Shown: positions 56,976 through 57,955 of the stretch, one piece after another | Numbering within the stretch: position 1 is the stretch's first letter | How the letters are laid out: each line of letters opens with the position of its first letter | Virus record (IMG/VR): IMGVR_UViG_3300027733_000003 | Coordinates: 1-57,955 of that record | Direction: 5' to 3' (one strand) | Source: a virus | Lineage: Duplodnaviria; Caudoviricetes | Length of the DNA: 57,955 nucleotides | Translations under genes and position numbers: made by a program | Notes under the pieces: model-generated | Seen by the model: the letters and a program-made list of their open reading frames with translations, nothing else | What the model was told of the DNA's origin: nothing | Database searches by the model: none

Positions 56976-57955
56976 CTTTGAGACGTACTACTCCAAGGAG
57001 TTCAGCCTATCCAAGATGACAACTGAGGAATACATACGGGACTTGCAGTTCCAAGTCATCGGGTTTGGTTACAAGATAGATGATGGTGAAGTCCACTGGG
57101 TTACCGGGGAAACTGAAGATATCAAACAAGCCCTACACGACCTTGACATCCCTAATGCGTACCTTATATGCCACCACTCAGCCTTTGATGGAGCCATACT
57201 TGCATGGAGGTTTGGCATCATAGCGAAGTACTATATAGATACGTTGTCAATGGCAAGACCTATCACCGGTCAAACTGTTGGGGGTAGTCTGGCTAAGCTA
57301 GCCAAGAAGTTCATGCTTGGTGAGAAAGGTACTGAGGTTGTCAACGCGATGGGTAAACGTAGAGATGACTTCACCCCACAAGAGTTGGCGGCATACGGCG
57401 AGTACTGCAAGAACGACGTGCAGCTTACGTACGACCTGTACCATGTACTGCGTCAGTGGAATCCCCCAAAGGAATTGTTCATACAAGACTTGATGGTGCG
57501 GATGTTCGTTGACCCCATACTTGAGTTGGACAGTGACGTGTTGCATGCACACTTGAAGTCAGTGCAGACTAAGAAGGCTGAGTTGATGCGCCGTATCGAC
57601 GCTACTATCGGCAGAGATGAATTGATGTCCAACCCCAAGTTTGCTGCGGTGTTGCAGAAGTTAGGTGTCACCCCTCCGACCAAGATAAGTTTGAGAACAA
57701 AAAAGGAAACATATGCGTTCGGTAAAACTGATGCGGGGTTCAAAGCCCTACTTGAACACCCAAACCCAGCCGTCCAAGCTGTCGTTACCGCACGTCTCGG
57801 CATCAAGTCAACGCTTGAAGAAACCAGAACAGAAAGCTTCATTGGCATTGCCCAAAGGGGAGCGTTACCGATTCTGCTGAACTACTGGGGAGCGCACACT
57901 GGTAGAGCAAGCGGTGGAGACAAGATGAATCTCCAGAACTTACCAAGAGGCGGCG
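56956..57955 (+). CDS. polA: Family A DNA polymerase, N-terminal part with 3'-5' exonuclease (runs into window start)
   Basis: Hand translation: MKTITLDFETYY (ExoI), HHSAFD (ExoII), YCKNDV (ExoIII); absent from the track because there is no stop before the window end. Confidence 0.93.
   Translation, partial: MKTITLDFETYYSKEFSLSKMTTEEYIRDLQFQVIGFGYKIDDGEVHWVTGETEDIKQALHDLDIPNAYLICHHSAFDGAILAWRFGIIAKYYIDTLSMARPITGQTVGGSLAKLAKKFMLGEKGTEVVNAMGKRRDDFTPQELAAYGEYCKNDVQLTYDLYHVLRQWNPPKELFIQDLMVRMFVDPILELDSDVLHAHLKSVQTKKAELMRRIDATIGRDELMSNPKFAAVLQKLGVTPPTKISLRTKKETYAFGKTDAGFKALLEHPNPAVQAVVTARLGIKSTLEETRTESFIGIAQRGALPILLNYWGAHTGRASGGDKMNLQNLPRGG
57829..57955. repeat. Terminal direct repeat, copy 2
   Basis: Identical to 1-127. 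Confidence 0.95.

Noticed and set aside
57829-57955. Biological terminal repeat
   Set aside because: Exactly 127 bp and inside the polA ORF, which fits assembler overlap on a circular contig rather than a virion end
1-57955. Stop-codon reassignment
   Set aside because: Core genes are full length under the standard bacterial code, and TAA, TGA and TAG all terminate genes

Overview
This window is a complete, circularly permuted genome of a tailed dsDNA phage. Bases 1-127 repeat exactly at 57829-57955, most likely assembly overlap, giving a unit length of about 57,828 bp. Morphology looks podovirus-like: there is no tape-measure or tail-tube gene, and a T7-like GNAT plus three-ejection-protein block is present. 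The host is Gram-negative (Rz/Rz1 spanins). The + strand carries the early genes (about 43.7-57 kb: many small genes, MoxR-type AAA, vWA/metallopeptidase) and the replication genes (family A DNA polymerase split across the window ends, PD-(D/E)XK nuclease, VRR-NUC, HNH, SNF2 helicase, SSB-like protein, primase-DUF927 helicase). The - strand (43.2 kb down to 9.0 kb) carries the late genes: terminase, portal, scaffold, capsid, adaptors, tail fibres, lysis and ejection proteins. The most striking locus is the 3094-aa putative ejection polyprotein. It carries a sigma70-region-4-like HTH, a UvrD/PcrA-type Tudor domain, a YkuD L,D-transpeptidase-like domain, a zincin-like motif and an ART-like domain. 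Its gene also hides three small same-strand +1-frame ORFs with their own translation signals. The non-coding regions contain a symmetric IHF-site/iteron element (candidate origin), boxA-containing structured leaders and a loop-E ncRNA candidate. No integrase, tRNA, CRISPR array or reverse transcriptase was seen. All family assignments are by eye from motifs and synteny and need HMM confirmation.
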